From an uncultured Phycisphaerales bacterium (GTDB lineage Bacteria; Planctomycetota; Phycisphaerae; Sedimentisphaerales; Anaerobacaceae), in assembly GCA_963772725.1 (NCBI GenBank), contig CAVYYI010000001.1:512001-576000 (forward strand): DNA of 64,000 nt, given 5' to 3'. Below, in pieces: positions 44,375-54,987 of the stretch. A program made the position numbers and the translations under genes. Within the stretch, counting starts at the first letter, position 1. Every line of letters starts with the position of its first letter. The notes under the pieces were generated by a model. That model was given only the letters and a program-made list of their open reading frames with translations, did no database searches and had not been told where the DNA came from.

Positions 44375-46270
44375 TTATGGCTGAGGCATATCCTTAAACT
44401 CGATGAAGAATCCGTCGGGCCTGCTGATTGCGTACATTGTGGAGATGCCGAAATATTTTTTGACAACGCTGAAGTCCGGCAGCAGGGCGGGATTGAAAAA
44501 TTCCTTGAAGACCATTGGGCCTGCGACGCTGTACGGGCTGGTGGTATTGGTTTTAGCGGTTTCCTTGAGGAACCACCAGAGGAACTCCGCGTTGGCGACG
44601 TTGTCTTTTAATGTTATTAAGCCGGTGTCGGATGGAACGGCGGATTTCGCGGCGTTGAACCATTTGGCAGATGTTATTGAGGCCGCGCCAGGTGAGGCGA
44701 GATTTCTTACGGTCTGCTCAATAGTGGCTTCGGTGCTGAAAATTAAATAGGCATCGGTGATGGTGAATGCCATTTTGGGTGGCATAGGCATTGCAGGCGA
44801 AGCGGCAGGTGCTGCGGGGGCGTCCATTTGGTTTATGCCTTGGCGGAAAAATGGCAGACGCGGCAGGTCAACGGTGTAGATTGTGTAGCCGAGAAGCTCC
44901 CGCTTGGCGTTGGGAATTTTCGGGGAAATCAATTTATCGTACAGAGTGGAGAATGATTTTTCGAGAGCGGCTTTATTGTTTACGGATACCGCGACCAGAG
45001 ACTCGGTTGTCTGCGAAGAGAATGAAAACGGTTTATTGATGCTTTGTGTGATGACGATTTGCGAGCCTAAATGGTCAATAAAACCTTCTTTGAGCATTAA
45101 GGTGGGCTGACCGTCTGGGCTTTGAGGAATGAGCGGGATATACATCATAGCGGCATACTGCGGTGAAAAGCTGTTAATGGTGGAAGCAAGCTCTGTGAAG
45201 GCCTTTTTAATATTGAGATTGAGAAAATAAGCGGTGGAGGTCGAAGTTGGAATAAATCCAGGGGTTTTGAAAGATGCAGATTCGAAGTCGAGCATTTTAC
45301 AAACGCCCTTTTTCAGACCGTTAATTTTCAGAAATATTTTGCCTGAAACGGAGCTGCCGGGATTGCGTGCCAGGCCAACCGAGCAGCCCAGTGAAGCGAC
45401 ATTATCGAAACCGAGATTGGTTATCGCGGATTTTACCTCGCCGGAAGTGTCCTCTTCAGCGGCGCTTTTGATTAGCTGCTTTATATTAACGTATAAATCA
45501 ACATCGTGATAGGGGCCGGCGGCCTTGAGGGTTGTGTTATAATCGTCATCAGCGGCGAGAGTCGGGCTTTGGGCGCCTTTGATATGGGCGATGGCGAACT
45601 TGAGCAGTTCCACATTTGGGCAGACCAGCAGGCAATCGTCAATGAGGCAGTAATTTACAACAACGGGTTCGGGCTGGAAAGTTTTAGTTGGTATATTGGT
45701 TTGATTTCCATCAGGATTATAATTTTCAAAGTCGGGGACTTTTTGGGGCGGCAGCTCCTTAATCAAAGTTGTGATATTTACGCCGTGATACTCTTCGGCG
45801 GGTTTGCGGCGAAAGCCCTGCGTGATAATTTTTTCGACGGTCTTGTCGATAGCCTGTTTGACTTTTGGAAGGTTTTCGCCCCATTGAGAAACGGCAATGA
45901 CGTCCGGTTCGCCGTTTTTAGACGCTTTGTTGATTACAAAGGCGACGGCGAGCCTCTGCTGAGGCAGCACATTGGCATCGGAAATCGTCTTGTAAAATTC
46001 GTTTTTATCCTGTTCTGAGAGTTTTTTCAGCCAGCTTTTTTTTGTGTCTTCGACAAAGGCCGCCATCGCGGGGTCTTTGTAGAGTTTGTAGTAGCTGGTT
46101 TTTTCAAACTGCGTCTTTGTCTGGCTGAAATTGTCAATATCGACAAGGAGTATCGTTTCCGGCGGCAAAATAGCCGCGGTCTTGGGCAGGGTCAGGGCAT
46201 CAGCGGCACTGTGACCGAATAAAAAAGTTATGCTAATGGCGATGATTGTCAGTTTGAGAATGTTTTTCAT
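44375..46270 (-). CDS. Secreted hypothetical protein (DUF3352-like)
   Basis: 631-aa ORF with signal peptide and LPPET N-terminal motif. Confidence 0.6.
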   Translation of the reverse strand: MKNILKLTIIAISITFLFGHSAADALTLPKTAAILPPETILLVDIDNFSQTKTQFEKTSYYKLYKDPAMAAFVEDTKKSWLKKLSEQDKNEFYKTISDANVLPQQRLAVAFVINKASKNGEPDVIAVSQWGENLPKVKQAIDKTVEKIITQGFRRKPAEEYHGVNITTLIKELPPQKVPDFENYNPDGNQTNIPTKTFQPEPVVVNYCLIDDCLLVCPNVELLKFAIAHIKGAQSPTLAADDDYNTTLKAAGPYHDVDLYVNIKQLIKSAAEEDTSGEVKSAITNLGFDNVASLGCSVGLARNPGSSVSGKIFLKINGLKKGVCKMLDFESASFKTPGFIPTSTSTAYFLNLNIKKAFTELASTINSFSPQYAAMMYIPLIPQSPDGQPTLMLKEGFIDHLGSQIVITQSINKPFSFSSQTTESLVAVSVNNKAALEKSFSTLYDKLISPKIPNAKRELLGYTIYTVDLPRLPFFRQGINQMDAPAAPAASPAMPMPPKMAFTITDAYLIFSTEATIEQTVRNLASPGAASITSAKWFNAAKSAVPSDTGLITLKDNVANAEFLWWFLKETAKTNTTSPYSVAGPMVFKEFFNPALLPDFSVVKKYFGISTMYAISRPDGFFIEFKDMPQP

Positions 46271-46300
46271 TTAGGAACCTTTCTGGAACTAAATTGTATA

Positions 46301-47296
46301 TTATTTCTCCTGCGGTTTTTGCTCAGAGGCATTTTGCCGGAGATGATTTCTTTTTCCGTCCGGCTGAACGTATCTGACGCCGGAGTTGGGATTATCCTTA
46401 TCGTAGGCGAATGCGTCGCGATTTTCGATGAAGTGTTTGACGTAGCTTACAGGGATGGCAAAGCCGAGACCGCCGAAGAAGATATAACCCATGTTGGTAA
46501 CGCCGATGACCTCACCGGCGAGGTTGAACAGCGGGCCGCCTGAGTTCCCGGGATTAATCGCGGCGTTGGTCTGGAGATATATAAGCCCCTCAAAGGCCCT
46601 GTTTTTTGTGCTTATAACGCCGTCGGTTACGGTGCGCTCAAGGCCGAGCGGATTGCCGATGGCGAAAACTTTTTCTCCGACCTTGACTTTGCTGATGTCG
46701 CCGAGCGGAACAAATTTTATCTTCCAGTCGCCGAGGTCTTCGACCTTTAGCATCGCCAGGTCAACAAAAGGATTGATGGCCTCAATCTTGACTTTCTTGA
46801 AAGTTTTTTTCTCGAAGCCGGTAGTTGTTTTTCTAAAAACGGTTACTTCGATTTTCGTTTCCTTTTCGATTACGTGATAGTTGGTTATGAGATAGCCGTT
46901 TAGGTTGAAGAAAAAGCCTGAACCCATCCCGGCGGGGGTGGAGACTTTTACTACAGCTTCGGAAACGGTATCGACGCATTTTTCAAGGGTCATTTTATTC
47001 TGCTCAGCGGTGGTGTATAGCTGATTGGTGTCGCTTATCTGACTTTTAGGTCCCTGTACGCTGTTGGTATCGACGGCGGGTTGCTGAGCCTTTGCGTATT
47101 GGTATTCGAGGATGCTGTCTTTCGGGATGGAAAGAACAGTTACGCCGATATCGATGATTATTTTTGAGTCTTTTTCAGCGAGTATGTCGCCGGAAATGGC
47201 CTGGCCTGTTTTAAGGACCACCGTATCAGCCGAACAGAGGCCGCAAATTACAGCCACCAATAACAGCGATAAGGTAATATGTATAATCGACTTCAT
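46301..47296 (-). CDS. Secreted trypsin-like (S1C) serine protease without PDZ domain
   Basis: GSGF, TNYHVI, DLAML, INPGNSGGPL. Confidence 0.9.
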   Translation of the reverse strand: MKSIIHITLSLLLVAVICGLCSADTVVLKTGQAISGDILAEKDSKIIIDIGVTVLSIPKDSILEYQYAKAQQPAVDTNSVQGPKSQISDTNQLYTTAEQNKMTLEKCVDTVSEAVVKVSTPAGMGSGFFFNLNGYLITNYHVIEKETKIEVTVFRKTTTGFEKKTFKKVKIEAINPFVDLAMLKVEDLGDWKIKFVPLGDISKVKVGEKVFAIGNPLGLERTVTDGVISTKNRAFEGLIYLQTNAAINPGNSGGPLFNLAGEVIGVTNMGYIFFGGLGFAIPVSYVKHFIENRDAFAYDKDNPNSGVRYVQPDGKRNHLRQNASEQKPQEK

Positions 47297-47544
47297 AAAT
47301 TTCTCCAAACATTAGTCGAAAGTTTTTATATCGTTAAAACGTTGGATATATTCTATAAAATTTTGATTTTCAAGGCAAATGGAAAATACCGGTTGAATGC
47401 CGGTATATGGGTGCAGAGTGTTTTTTTTGCTTGCGTTTTAAGGCTATTGGCGGTAAATAGTTAGAAATTAAAGGATATTATATGAAGATTTTACGAGTTG
47501 GGAGCAGTTTAAACCATCATTAATGATTGTCAGGAGAACCGGTA

Positions 47545-48336
47545 ATGATAGGCAAGAAGATAAGACTGGAAAGAATAATAGACCGTAATTCTGGTAAAAC
47601 GGTGATTGTGCCGATGGACCATGGTGTAACGGTTGGGCCAATAGCTGGCCTTGAGGACATGCGGGAGACTATAAGCAGTATTGTGGCAGGCGGGGCAAAC
47701 GCTATTTTGATGCACAAAGGTATTGTGCGGGTGGGACACAGGGGTACGGGCAGTGATGTCGGCCTTATTGTTCATCTTTCCGGCGGTACGACGATGAGTC
47801 CTGACCCGAATGCGAAAGAACTGGTTTGTACGGTGGAAGAGGCTATAAAACTGGGCGCTGACGCGGTATCAATTCATATTAACCTCGGCGCAGAGACGGA
47901 TAAAGAGATGCTCCGGCAGCTCGGTTTTGTAAGCGAGCGGTGTGTGGAATGGCAGATACCGCTTGTAGCGATGATGTACACACGCGGGCAGAAGATAAAG
48001 AATGAGTATGACGTTAATAATGTGAAGCATGCTGCCAGAGTCGGCGCGGAACTCGGGGCAGATATTGTCAAGGTTGTTTATACCGGCAGCGTCGAGAGTT
48101 TCAGAGAAGTGGTACGGGGATGTCCTGTTCCGGTGGTGATTGCGGGCGGGCCTAAGATGGATAGTGACAAGGCTATTTTTAAGATGGTCGAAGAAGCGCT
48201 TAAGGCCGGTGCGGCGGGAATATCGATTGGCAGGAACGCGTTTCAACATAAAAAGCCGACAAAAATGATTGAAGCGCTGAGTAAGATAGTTCATAAAGGT
48301 GCGAATATCGAGCAGGCTATAGCGACGCTGAAATAG
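47545..48336 (+). CDS. aroA': 2-amino-3,7-dideoxy-D-threo-hept-6-ulosonate synthase (class I aldolase family)
   Basis: [33 protein letters not shown]; adjacent to DHQ synthase II. Confidence 0.85.
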   Translation: MIGKKIRLERIIDRNSGKTVIVPMDHGVTVGPIAGLEDMRETISSIVAGGANAILMHKGIVRVGHRGTGSDVGLIVHLSGGTTMSPDPNAKELVCTVEEAIKLGADAVSIHINLGAETDKEMLRQLGFVSERCVEWQIPLVAMMYTRGQKIKNEYDVNNVKHAARVGAELGADIVKVVYTGSVESFREVVRGCPVPVVIAGGPKMDSDKAIFKMVEEALKAGAAGISIGRNAFQHKKPTKMIEALSKIVHKGANIEQAIATLK

Positions 48337-48351
48337 AAAAATGAGGGAAAG

Positions 48352-49347
48352 ATGAAGAAATTTTGGGTCAGGGCGGTTCCTTATAATAAAGAGATAGTCA
48401 TAGCGGCTTTGGAAGGCGGAGCTGAAGCGGTGGTGTTGCCTGACGACGAAAGTGATAAGGTCAGGCAATTTGGCAAAATCAAAACTGTTGAGAAAAATGG
48501 GGATATTGTGCCCGGCAGAGATGTCGAGTTTATAGATATTGCCGGCAAGGCCGATGAGGATAAAGCCGCCGCTGTGCCTGAGGATAAAATCGTAGTGCTT
48601 AGAATGCTCGACTGGACGATTATTCCAATTGAGAATCTTCTCGCGAGGCGCAAGAAGAATATAATGGCAGAGGTGGAGAACAGCAAACAGGCCCGACTTA
48701 TGATTGAGATTCTTGAAAAAGGCGTGGACGGCGTGGTGCTGAATACGACCAGTATAAACGAGATTAAAAAGACCGCGGAAATTGTGGCTGGTGTGAGCGA
48801 AAAAATCGACCTTGTAACAGCGGCGATAACAAACATAAAACAATTGGGGATGGGAGACCGGTCGTGTCTTGATACATGCACGCAGATGGCGGTAGGGGAA
48901 GGAATGCTTATCGGTAATACAGCCAGCGGATTCTTTCTGGTGCATTCGGAATCTATTGATAATCCGTATGTCGCGTCGCGGCCATTCCGGGTTAATGCGG
49001 GGGCGGTTCACGCATACACTTTGACGCCCGGCGAAAAGACAAAATATCTTGCCGATCTTAAGGCGGGCGATGAAGTGATGCTTGTAAATTTCAAAGGAAA
49101 TACCCAGACCGCTTATCTCGGCAGGAACAAGATAGAGAAACGTCCGATGATGCTAATCGAAGCCCAGGCACAGGGACAGAACATCAGTCTTGTGATGCAG
49201 AATGCCGAAACGATTCGTCTTGTTTCGCCGAATGGAGACGCGGTTTCCGTAACGAGCCTAAAACAGGGCGATAAGGTGCTTGCTCATATCGAAAAGGCAG
49301 GCAGGCATTTCGGGATGCAGGTAGAAGAAACGCTGATTGAGAGGTAG
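48352..49347 (+). CDS. aroB': 3-dehydroquinate synthase II
   Basis: WTIIPIENL, GDRSCLDTC, RPFRVNAGAVHAY, QNAETIRL, GRHFG. Confidence 0.92.
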   Translation: MKKFWVRAVPYNKEIVIAALEGGAEAVVLPDDESDKVRQFGKIKTVEKNGDIVPGRDVEFIDIAGKADEDKAAAVPEDKIVVLRMLDWTIIPIENLLARRKKNIMAEVENSKQARLMIEILEKGVDGVVLNTTSINEIKKTAEIVAGVSEKIDLVTAAITNIKQLGMGDRSCLDTCTQMAVGEGMLIGNTASGFFLVHSESIDNPYVASRPFRVNAGAVHAYTLTPGEKTKYLADLKAGDEVMLVNFKGNTQTAYLGRNKIEKRPMMLIEAQAQGQNISLVMQNAETIRLVSPNGDAVSVTSLKQGDKVLAHIEKAGRHFGMQVEETLIER

Positions 49348-49351
49348 AAAT

Positions 49352-49789
49352 ATGGATGGAAGCGATATAATTAGTGTTGTTTTAGCGTTTGTGTTGGGTG
49401 GGGTTATTGGGCTTGAAAGGCAGTTAAGCGGCAAGGCCGCAGGTCTGCGAACCAACCTGTTAATATGCCTCGGAGCAGCGGTTTTTACGATAATTTCAAA
49501 ACAGATGGCAGGCGCAAACGATTCAGTTACAAGAATAGCTGCTCAGATTGTTACGGGGGTGGGTTTTCTGGGTGCTGGCGCCATCATTCGCGACAGGGGC
49601 GGAATTCACGGTTTGACCACTGCCGCAACAATCTGGCTTGTCGCCAGTATCGGAGTCGCCTGCGGCGCAGGTAAGTATCCTCTGGCGGGCATAACAACAT
49701 TGATAGCAATTATTATACTGCTTGGTCTGCGGCCTCTGGAAAAACACATCGACCGCCACACAAACGGCAAAAAGAGGGATAACGTCTAA
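49352..49789 (+). CDS. MgtC/SapB family membrane protein
   Basis: IGLERQ, AGLRT, RIAAQIVTGVGFLGAG, GLTTAATIW. Confidence 0.92.
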   Translation: MDGSDIISVVLAFVLGGVIGLERQLSGKAAGLRTNLLICLGAAVFTIISKQMAGANDSVTRIAAQIVTGVGFLGAGAIIRDRGGIHGLTTAATIWLVASIGVACGAGKYPLAGITTLIAIIILLGLRPLEKHIDRHTNGKKRDNV

Positions 49790-49797
49790 ACCTGAAC

Positions 49798-50280
49798 TTA
49801 TTCAGCTTTTGTCATTTGCGTTTGTTTTTCTATTTCACTTAAATACGCCAGGGTGCGTTCGAGTTTATCACTGAGGTGCTTTAGTTTAAGCATTATTTTA
49901 ACGCGGGTCAGGAGTTCAAGTTTGTTGACAGGCTTGCTGATAAAATCATCGGTACCGGAATCGATGCCGCGTTCGATATCGCCGAATTCATTCAGTGCGG
50001 TAACCATTATTATGGGTATGTCAGCGGTTTTAGAGTCGTTTTTTAACCTTTTGCAGACCTCGAAACCGCTCATTTTTGGCATCATAACATCAAGCAGTAC
50101 CAAATCAGGCGCCTTTTTGGCGATAAGTTCAAGCGCCTCGAGTCCGTCTCGGGCAGGTACCGTCTTACAGTCCATATCTTCAAGGTAAGCCTGCAGCAGT
50201 TCGAGGTTCTGCTGGTTATCGTCAACAACCATTATTACGGGTTTTGTCCTTTTATCTTTTTCGATGTCGAATCGTTTCAT
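49798..50280 (-). CDS. Single-domain response regulator with helical tail
   Basis: VVDD, LLDVMMP, VTA and KP receiver motifs. Confidence 0.92.
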   Translation of the reverse strand: MKRFDIEKDKRTKPVIMVVDDNQQNLELLQAYLEDMDCKTVPARDGLEALELIAKKAPDLVLLDVMMPKMSGFEVCKRLKNDSKTADIPIIMVTALNEFGDIERGIDSGTDDFISKPVNKLELLTRVKIMLKLKHLSDKLERTLAYLSEIEKQTQMTKAE

Positions 50281-50357
50281 AGCAAGTTAGCTCCTATTTA
50301 ATCAGGTTTATGCGGTAATGATAATGGATTTTGCGGCGGACCGCAAGTAGAACGAGA

Positions 50358-50621
50358 TTAATTTTTGCCGCCGAATTTTTCAATAAATTCCCGGACTTCC
50401 GGGCGGATGTAAATTTTTTCTATATTAACAAGTTTTGAAATAGCCTCGGCACATAGAGCGGCCATTTCCGCAGCGGAAGCCTGCGTGTCGACGAAAAAAA
50501 ACTTCTCCCCTTTTATTGCGCAAAGTCCGCCGCCGTTTCCGCCGAGAGGTTCGGTACGAATTTTGACGGCATTAGCTTCAAGCAGCGACAGGAGTTCGTC
50601 TAAAATTGTTTGGGTATTCAT
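50358..50621 (-). CDS. Small hypothetical protein
   Basis: Overlaps the capD-like stop codon; GGLCAIKG...IYIRPEVRE pattern. Confidence 0.7.
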   Translation of the reverse strand: MNTQTILDELLSLLEANAVKIRTEPLGGNGGGLCAIKGEKFFFVDTQASAAEMAALCAEAISKLVNIEKIYIRPEVREFIEKFGGKN

Positions 50622-52585
50622 TTAGTATTAGTGGAGTTATTATTTCCAATATACTCCGGTATGAGTTCTTTTACTTTTTGGGCTATTAGTAAATGGTCCT
50701 GGGATTGAGCGACGGTGAGCAGTTCGTCTATGCTGGCGTACAGTTTCTTCCTGTCTATCGGGATATTTTTCCATATAGCGATTTTAGGATGTCTTGTTGC
50801 CTGCATATCTTCGCCTTTTATGGAAAGCTCTTCAAAGAGTTTTTCGCCCGGTCTTGTGCCGGTAAAAGTGATTTCAATATCTTCACTGGGTCTAAAACCG
50901 CTCAGGGTAATCAGTTCTCTGGCGAGGTCAACAATTTTGACGGGTTCACCCATATCAAGGACGAAGATTTCGCCGCCATTACCCATTGCGGCGGCCTGTA
51001 AAACCAACTGGCTTGCTTCCGGTATGGTCATAAAATATCGCTTCATTTCAGGGTGTGTAACGGTAACCGGGCCGCCGCGAGCTATTTGACTCTTGAAAAT
51101 CGGCACGACAGAACCGTTGGAATCAAGAACATTGCCGAACCGTACTGTGATAAAGTGTGTGCTGCTGGTCTGGTTTAAATCCTGAATATACATTTCGGCG
51201 ATTCGTTTTGAAGAGCCCATAAGGCTGGTAGGGTTGACGGCCTTGTCGGTGCTAATCATGACGAAGTGCGTTGCGCCATACTTATCCGCGGAGTCGGCTA
51301 TGTTTCTTGTGCCAAGCACATTATTTTTGAATGCTTCGCCGGGATTAGTCTCCATAAGCGGAACGTGTTTGTGTGCCGCGGCATGGATAACAATTTGAGG
51401 TTTGAATTTATCGAAAATCTGTTCAACCCGCAATTTGTCGGTAATATCGCAGATAACAGCCTTCAAAGCCACTTTTGGGGATTGTTCTTTCAGTTCCCGC
51501 TCAATAAAAAACAAGGGATTTTCCGCCTGCTCGACGAGGAGAAGCAAACGCGGACCAAAATTGCATACCTGCCTGCACATTTCCGAACCGATAGAGCCGC
51601 CGGCGCCTGTAATAAGGATGGTTTTATCTTTGACAAATTCTTTTATCAGGTCGATATCGAGCTGAACGGCTTCCCTGCCGAGCAAATCGTTGATGCTGAC
51701 ATCCCTGATTTGGGAAACCCGAAGTTTCCCTGAGGCGATATCTGTAATGGATGGAATAGTTCGGAAGTGAATTTTAATACCCTGGCATACCTGAATGACC
51801 CGCCTTAGCTGTTGAGGTGTTGCTGAAGGCATCGCGATGGCGATTTCCTCTATATTGTAATCCTTGCAGATTTTAGGCAATTGGTCTACGGTTCCAAGAA
51901 CCGGTACACCATGTATATCGATACCCCGTTTGATGGGGGAATCGTCGACAAAACCAATCACATCGTACTGGGCGACGGACATACGATGAATTTCCCGCAG
52001 GAGAGCTTCACCGGCATTTCCCGCACCTGCTATTAAAAGGCGTTTAAGCCGAGCGCCTTCGACTATTCGAAACTCTTCATAGTATAATCTCACGGCTATT
52101 CGCAGACCTGCCAGGAGCAGGATTGTGGCGAACATATCGAGCAAAAACACAGATTGTTGGATGTCTGGGATGCCTTGAAGAATTTTTATGTCTTCAAATG
52201 CCCTGCGAATCGGAGTAATGTTTATTGAAGTAAACCACAGAAACGCGAATATCAATGTGCTTACAAGTGAAGCGGCGGTAATTCCGGTTAAATCGTTTAT
52301 GCCCGCGTATCGCCACCAACCCCTATATTGCTTAAAAAACGCGAATATGATGAGCTTAATTATAATAGCTGCCAATAATAAAAAAGGATACTGCTCTGTA
52401 ACCCATGTAAGTTTAAACTGCATATTGTTGGTCAGTAGAAAAGAAATCAGAAGAGAAATGGCAAAAGCGGCAATATGGGTAAGCACAATGAAAAATTTGC
52501 GATGGCTAAGCAGCTTTGAAGGCGGCATAGAAACACTTAACTGACTTTTTATTTCAGGTTTTTTATCTGTATTTGAATCTGTCAT
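50618..52585 (-). CDS. CapD/PglF-type membrane nucleoside-diphosphate sugar 4,6-dehydratase
   Basis: TGAGGSIG, HAAAHKHVP, ISTDKAVNP, RFGNVL, RPGEKLFEEL. Confidence 0.93.
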   Translation of the reverse strand: MTDSNTDKKPEIKSQLSVSMPPSKLLSHRKFFIVLTHIAAFAISLLISFLLTNNMQFKLTWVTEQYPFLLLAAIIIKLIIFAFFKQYRGWWRYAGINDLTGITAASLVSTLIFAFLWFTSINITPIRRAFEDIKILQGIPDIQQSVFLLDMFATILLLAGLRIAVRLYYEEFRIVEGARLKRLLIAGAGNAGEALLREIHRMSVAQYDVIGFVDDSPIKRGIDIHGVPVLGTVDQLPKICKDYNIEEIAIAMPSATPQQLRRVIQVCQGIKIHFRTIPSITDIASGKLRVSQIRDVSINDLLGREAVQLDIDLIKEFVKDKTILITGAGGSIGSEMCRQVCNFGPRLLLLVEQAENPLFFIERELKEQSPKVALKAVICDITDKLRVEQIFDKFKPQIVIHAAAHKHVPLMETNPGEAFKNNVLGTRNIADSADKYGATHFVMISTDKAVNPTSLMGSSKRIAEMYIQDLNQTSSTHFITVRFGNVLDSNGSVVPIFKSQIARGGPVTVTHPEMKRYFMTIPEASQLVLQAAAMGNGGEIFVLDMGEPVKIVDLARELITLSGFRPSEDIEITFTGTRPGEKLFEELSIKGEDMQATRHPKIAIWKNIPIDRKKLYASIDELLTVAQSQDHLLIAQKVKELIPEYIGNNNSTNTK

Positions 52586-52826
52586 AGTTTAATTAATAAG
52601 ATATTCTTATAATCTTAACTATCAGTTTAACAATAGTTTCGCCCAGTGTCAATAAACAGAAATTTGCCGGTTATCAAATATTTTTTTTGTCTCGAAATAA
52701 AATTCTTGACAAGTTAAGAGAAATATATAATCTCTGGTTCAAAAACGGTAACTTGGGATGTTTGAACAAGTTAGGTTGTTCAATAAAGTATTTTTATTTA
52801 ATTAATGGATTTAAAAAGGGTTGAGT

Positions 52827-53102
52827 ATGTACGAAGTAAAAACAGAAGAAATGGGAACTTTGGCTGTGATTGGAATGGTTGCAGAAATTATTGATGAATC
52901 TATCCTGTTGTCTGACGGTGAAACCGCCGAAATAAGTCGGTTTTCAGTCGATGATGACGAAGATGATTTAGACTACGACGAAGATGAGGATGAAGACGAA
53001 GATGAGGAAGAGGATGAAGATGAGGATGAAGATGAGTTTTACGACGAAGATGAGGATGAAGATGATTTCGATGATGATTTAGACGAGGATGACAAATACT
53101 GA
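52827..53102 (+). CDS. Small protein with ~50-residue Asp/Glu tail
   Basis: ORF with varied GAY/GAR codons, upstream TTGACA promoter-like site and downstream terminator. Confidence 0.65.
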   Translation: MYEVKTEEMGTLAVIGMVAEIIDESILLSDGETAEISRFSVDDDEDDLDYDEDEDEDEDEEEDEDEDEDEFYDEDEDEDDFDDDLDEDDKY

Positions 53103-53136
53103 GAGCGAATCTTTGTCGCGACAACGGTTTATCAAT

Positions 53137-53174
53137 AACGCTCAGTCGTCATATATCGGCTGAGCGTTTTTTTT
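53137..53174 (+). terminator. Intrinsic terminator
   Basis: AACGCTCAGTCG...CGGCTGAGCGTT followed by a T run. Confidence 0.8.
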
Positions 53175-53177
53175 ACA

Positions 53178-53760
53178 ATGAGAATAATAGCCGGCACAAA
53201 ACGAGGAATGACGCTTCTAAGCCCGAAGACCTATGATTCCCGGCCTTATACCGATAGAGTCAAAGAGTCGGTTTTTAATGTTCTGTATAAATATAATCTT
53301 CTCGAAGGCCGAAGAGTAGCGGATGTATTTTGCGGTGTCGGTTCTATGGGGCTGGAGTCCTTGAGCCGTGGAGCCGCATTTGCCGCGTTCGTAGAAAAAG
53401 ACCCGAGAACAATTGCCGTTCTTAAACAGAATATCGAAAAGGCGGGTTTTGTTCAGCAGTCGAAAATCGTAAGGGGTAATGCGTTTAAAATCGGCGCCGG
53501 TTGAACCGGGAAGCGATAAATACAGCATTATTTTTGTTGACCCGCCTTATATTTTGTCTAATGATGTTGGACTGGAATCACAACTGGGCGGGCTGCTGGC
53601 AATACTGCCGGAGCAGTTGACTGGCGACGGGATAGTTCTTGTCCGAACGCATAAAGCTACGGAAATTCTTGAAAAGTACGGGCGATTGAAGATAATAGAG
53701 CGGCGTGTCTGGGGAAATATGGCGGTAGCAATATTACGGCAAAGCAATGACGAGCAGTAA
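53178..53760 (+). CDS. rsmD: 16S rRNA m2G966 methyltransferase (apparent frameshift ~53495)
   Basis: MRIIAG, RPYTDRVKESVF, DVFCGVGSMGLE; DPPY in the next frame. Confidence 0.88.
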
Positions 53761-54967
53761 AAAAGCGGCGATAAAAATAATAGAACGGCTGCACGGCAGA
53801 GGCTTCGAAGCCATGCTGGCGGGAGGATGTGTTCGCGATATGCTGCTGGACAGGGTCGCCAAGGATTTCGATGTTGCCACAAACGCGACACCGCAGGAGG
53901 TAATCAGACTTTTTAGCCGTACGTTAAAAGTCGGCGCAAAATTCGGCGTGGTGATAGTCTTGACTGATGATGTGCAAGTGGAGGTTGCTACGTTCAGGAC
54001 TGAGACGGGCTACGTTGATGGCAGGCATCCAGATGCTGTCAGGTTTGCATCTGCAAAGGAAGACGCGAGCAGAAGAGATTTTACAATTAATGGAATGTTT
54101 TATGACCCTGTAACGAATGAGGTTATTGATTACGTTGGCGGACAGGATGACCTTAAAAAGAAAATCGTCAGGACGATAGGTAATCCTGAAGAGCGGTTCA
54201 GCGAAGATTATCTGCGGATGCTGCGAGCGGTGAGATTTTCCGCTCAGTTGGGATTTGAAATTGAATCCCGCACGTGGGAGGCCATCCGCGGGCAGGCAGA
54301 GAACATAAAAAAAATAAGCGGTGAACGGATAGCGATGGAACTTGAGGGTATTTTGACCGCTATGAATCATTCTAAAGGTGCGGAGATGTTGTTAAAAAGC
54401 GGGTTGGCGGGTGCGATTTTTCCCGGCTTTGAAGGCCAGGCTGCCGAATTTGGCATCAAGGTGCTTGGCAAATTGAAAGGGAGTATAAATCCGGCGTTGG
54501 GATTGGCAGGATTTTTCGCCGGATATGACACTAACTTTACGATGGAAAAATGCAGAATTTTGAAATTGAGCAGAAATCGCCTTAAACATATAAAGTTTTT
54601 ACTTGGCAACAGGGCAGCGCTGCTGGATGAAACGATGTCGCTGGCCAAATTGAAAAAGATTTTAGCCGAGCCTTATTTTGAAGATTTGCTTGAACTTGAA
54701 GGGGCTATACAGAAGGTTAAACCTGATGGAAAGAAAGGCAAATCCGCATTGGCTGGCCTCAAAAAACGGATAAAAACGCTTGGCTGTGTCGAATTAAGGC
54801 CTAAACCCCTGCTTGATGGCCACGCCCTTATCAGGTTGGGCGCAGCGCCCGGGCCGGCGGTCGGCAGACTTGCGGATGAGATGTACACCGCTCAACTCGA
54901 GGGCGACCTGAAAACTCCCGAACAGGCTGAACAATGGGTTCGTAATTGCTTGAAGAAACAGCAATAA
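53747..54967 (+). CDS. cca: Class II tRNA nucleotidyltransferase
   Basis: GGCVRD..KDFDVAT, loop ETGYVDGRHP, EDASRRDFTING, EDYLRMLRAVRF, SGERI. Confidence 0.88.
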   Translation: MTSSKKAAIKIIERLHGRGFEAMLAGGCVRDMLLDRVAKDFDVATNATPQEVIRLFSRTLKVGAKFGVVIVLTDDVQVEVATFRTETGYVDGRHPDAVRFASAKEDASRRDFTINGMFYDPVTNEVIDYVGGQDDLKKKIVRTIGNPEERFSEDYLRMLRAVRFSAQLGFEIESRTWEAIRGQAENIKKISGERIAMELEGILTAMNHSKGAEMLLKSGLAGAIFPGFEGQAAEFGIKVLGKLKGSINPALGLAGFFAGYDTNFTMEKCRILKLSRNRLKHIKFLLGNRAALLDETMSLAKLKKILAEPYFEDLLELEGAIQKVKPDGKKGKSALAGLKKRIKTLGCVELRPKPLLDGHALIRLGAAPGPAVGRLADEMYTAQLEGDLKTPEQAEQWVRNCLKKQQ

Positions 54968-54987
54968 AATTTAATGAGAAATAACCT

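Noticed and set aside
47869..49011. 380-aa minus-strand ORF
   Set aside because: Antisense shadow of aroA'/aroB' with no recognisable motifs.
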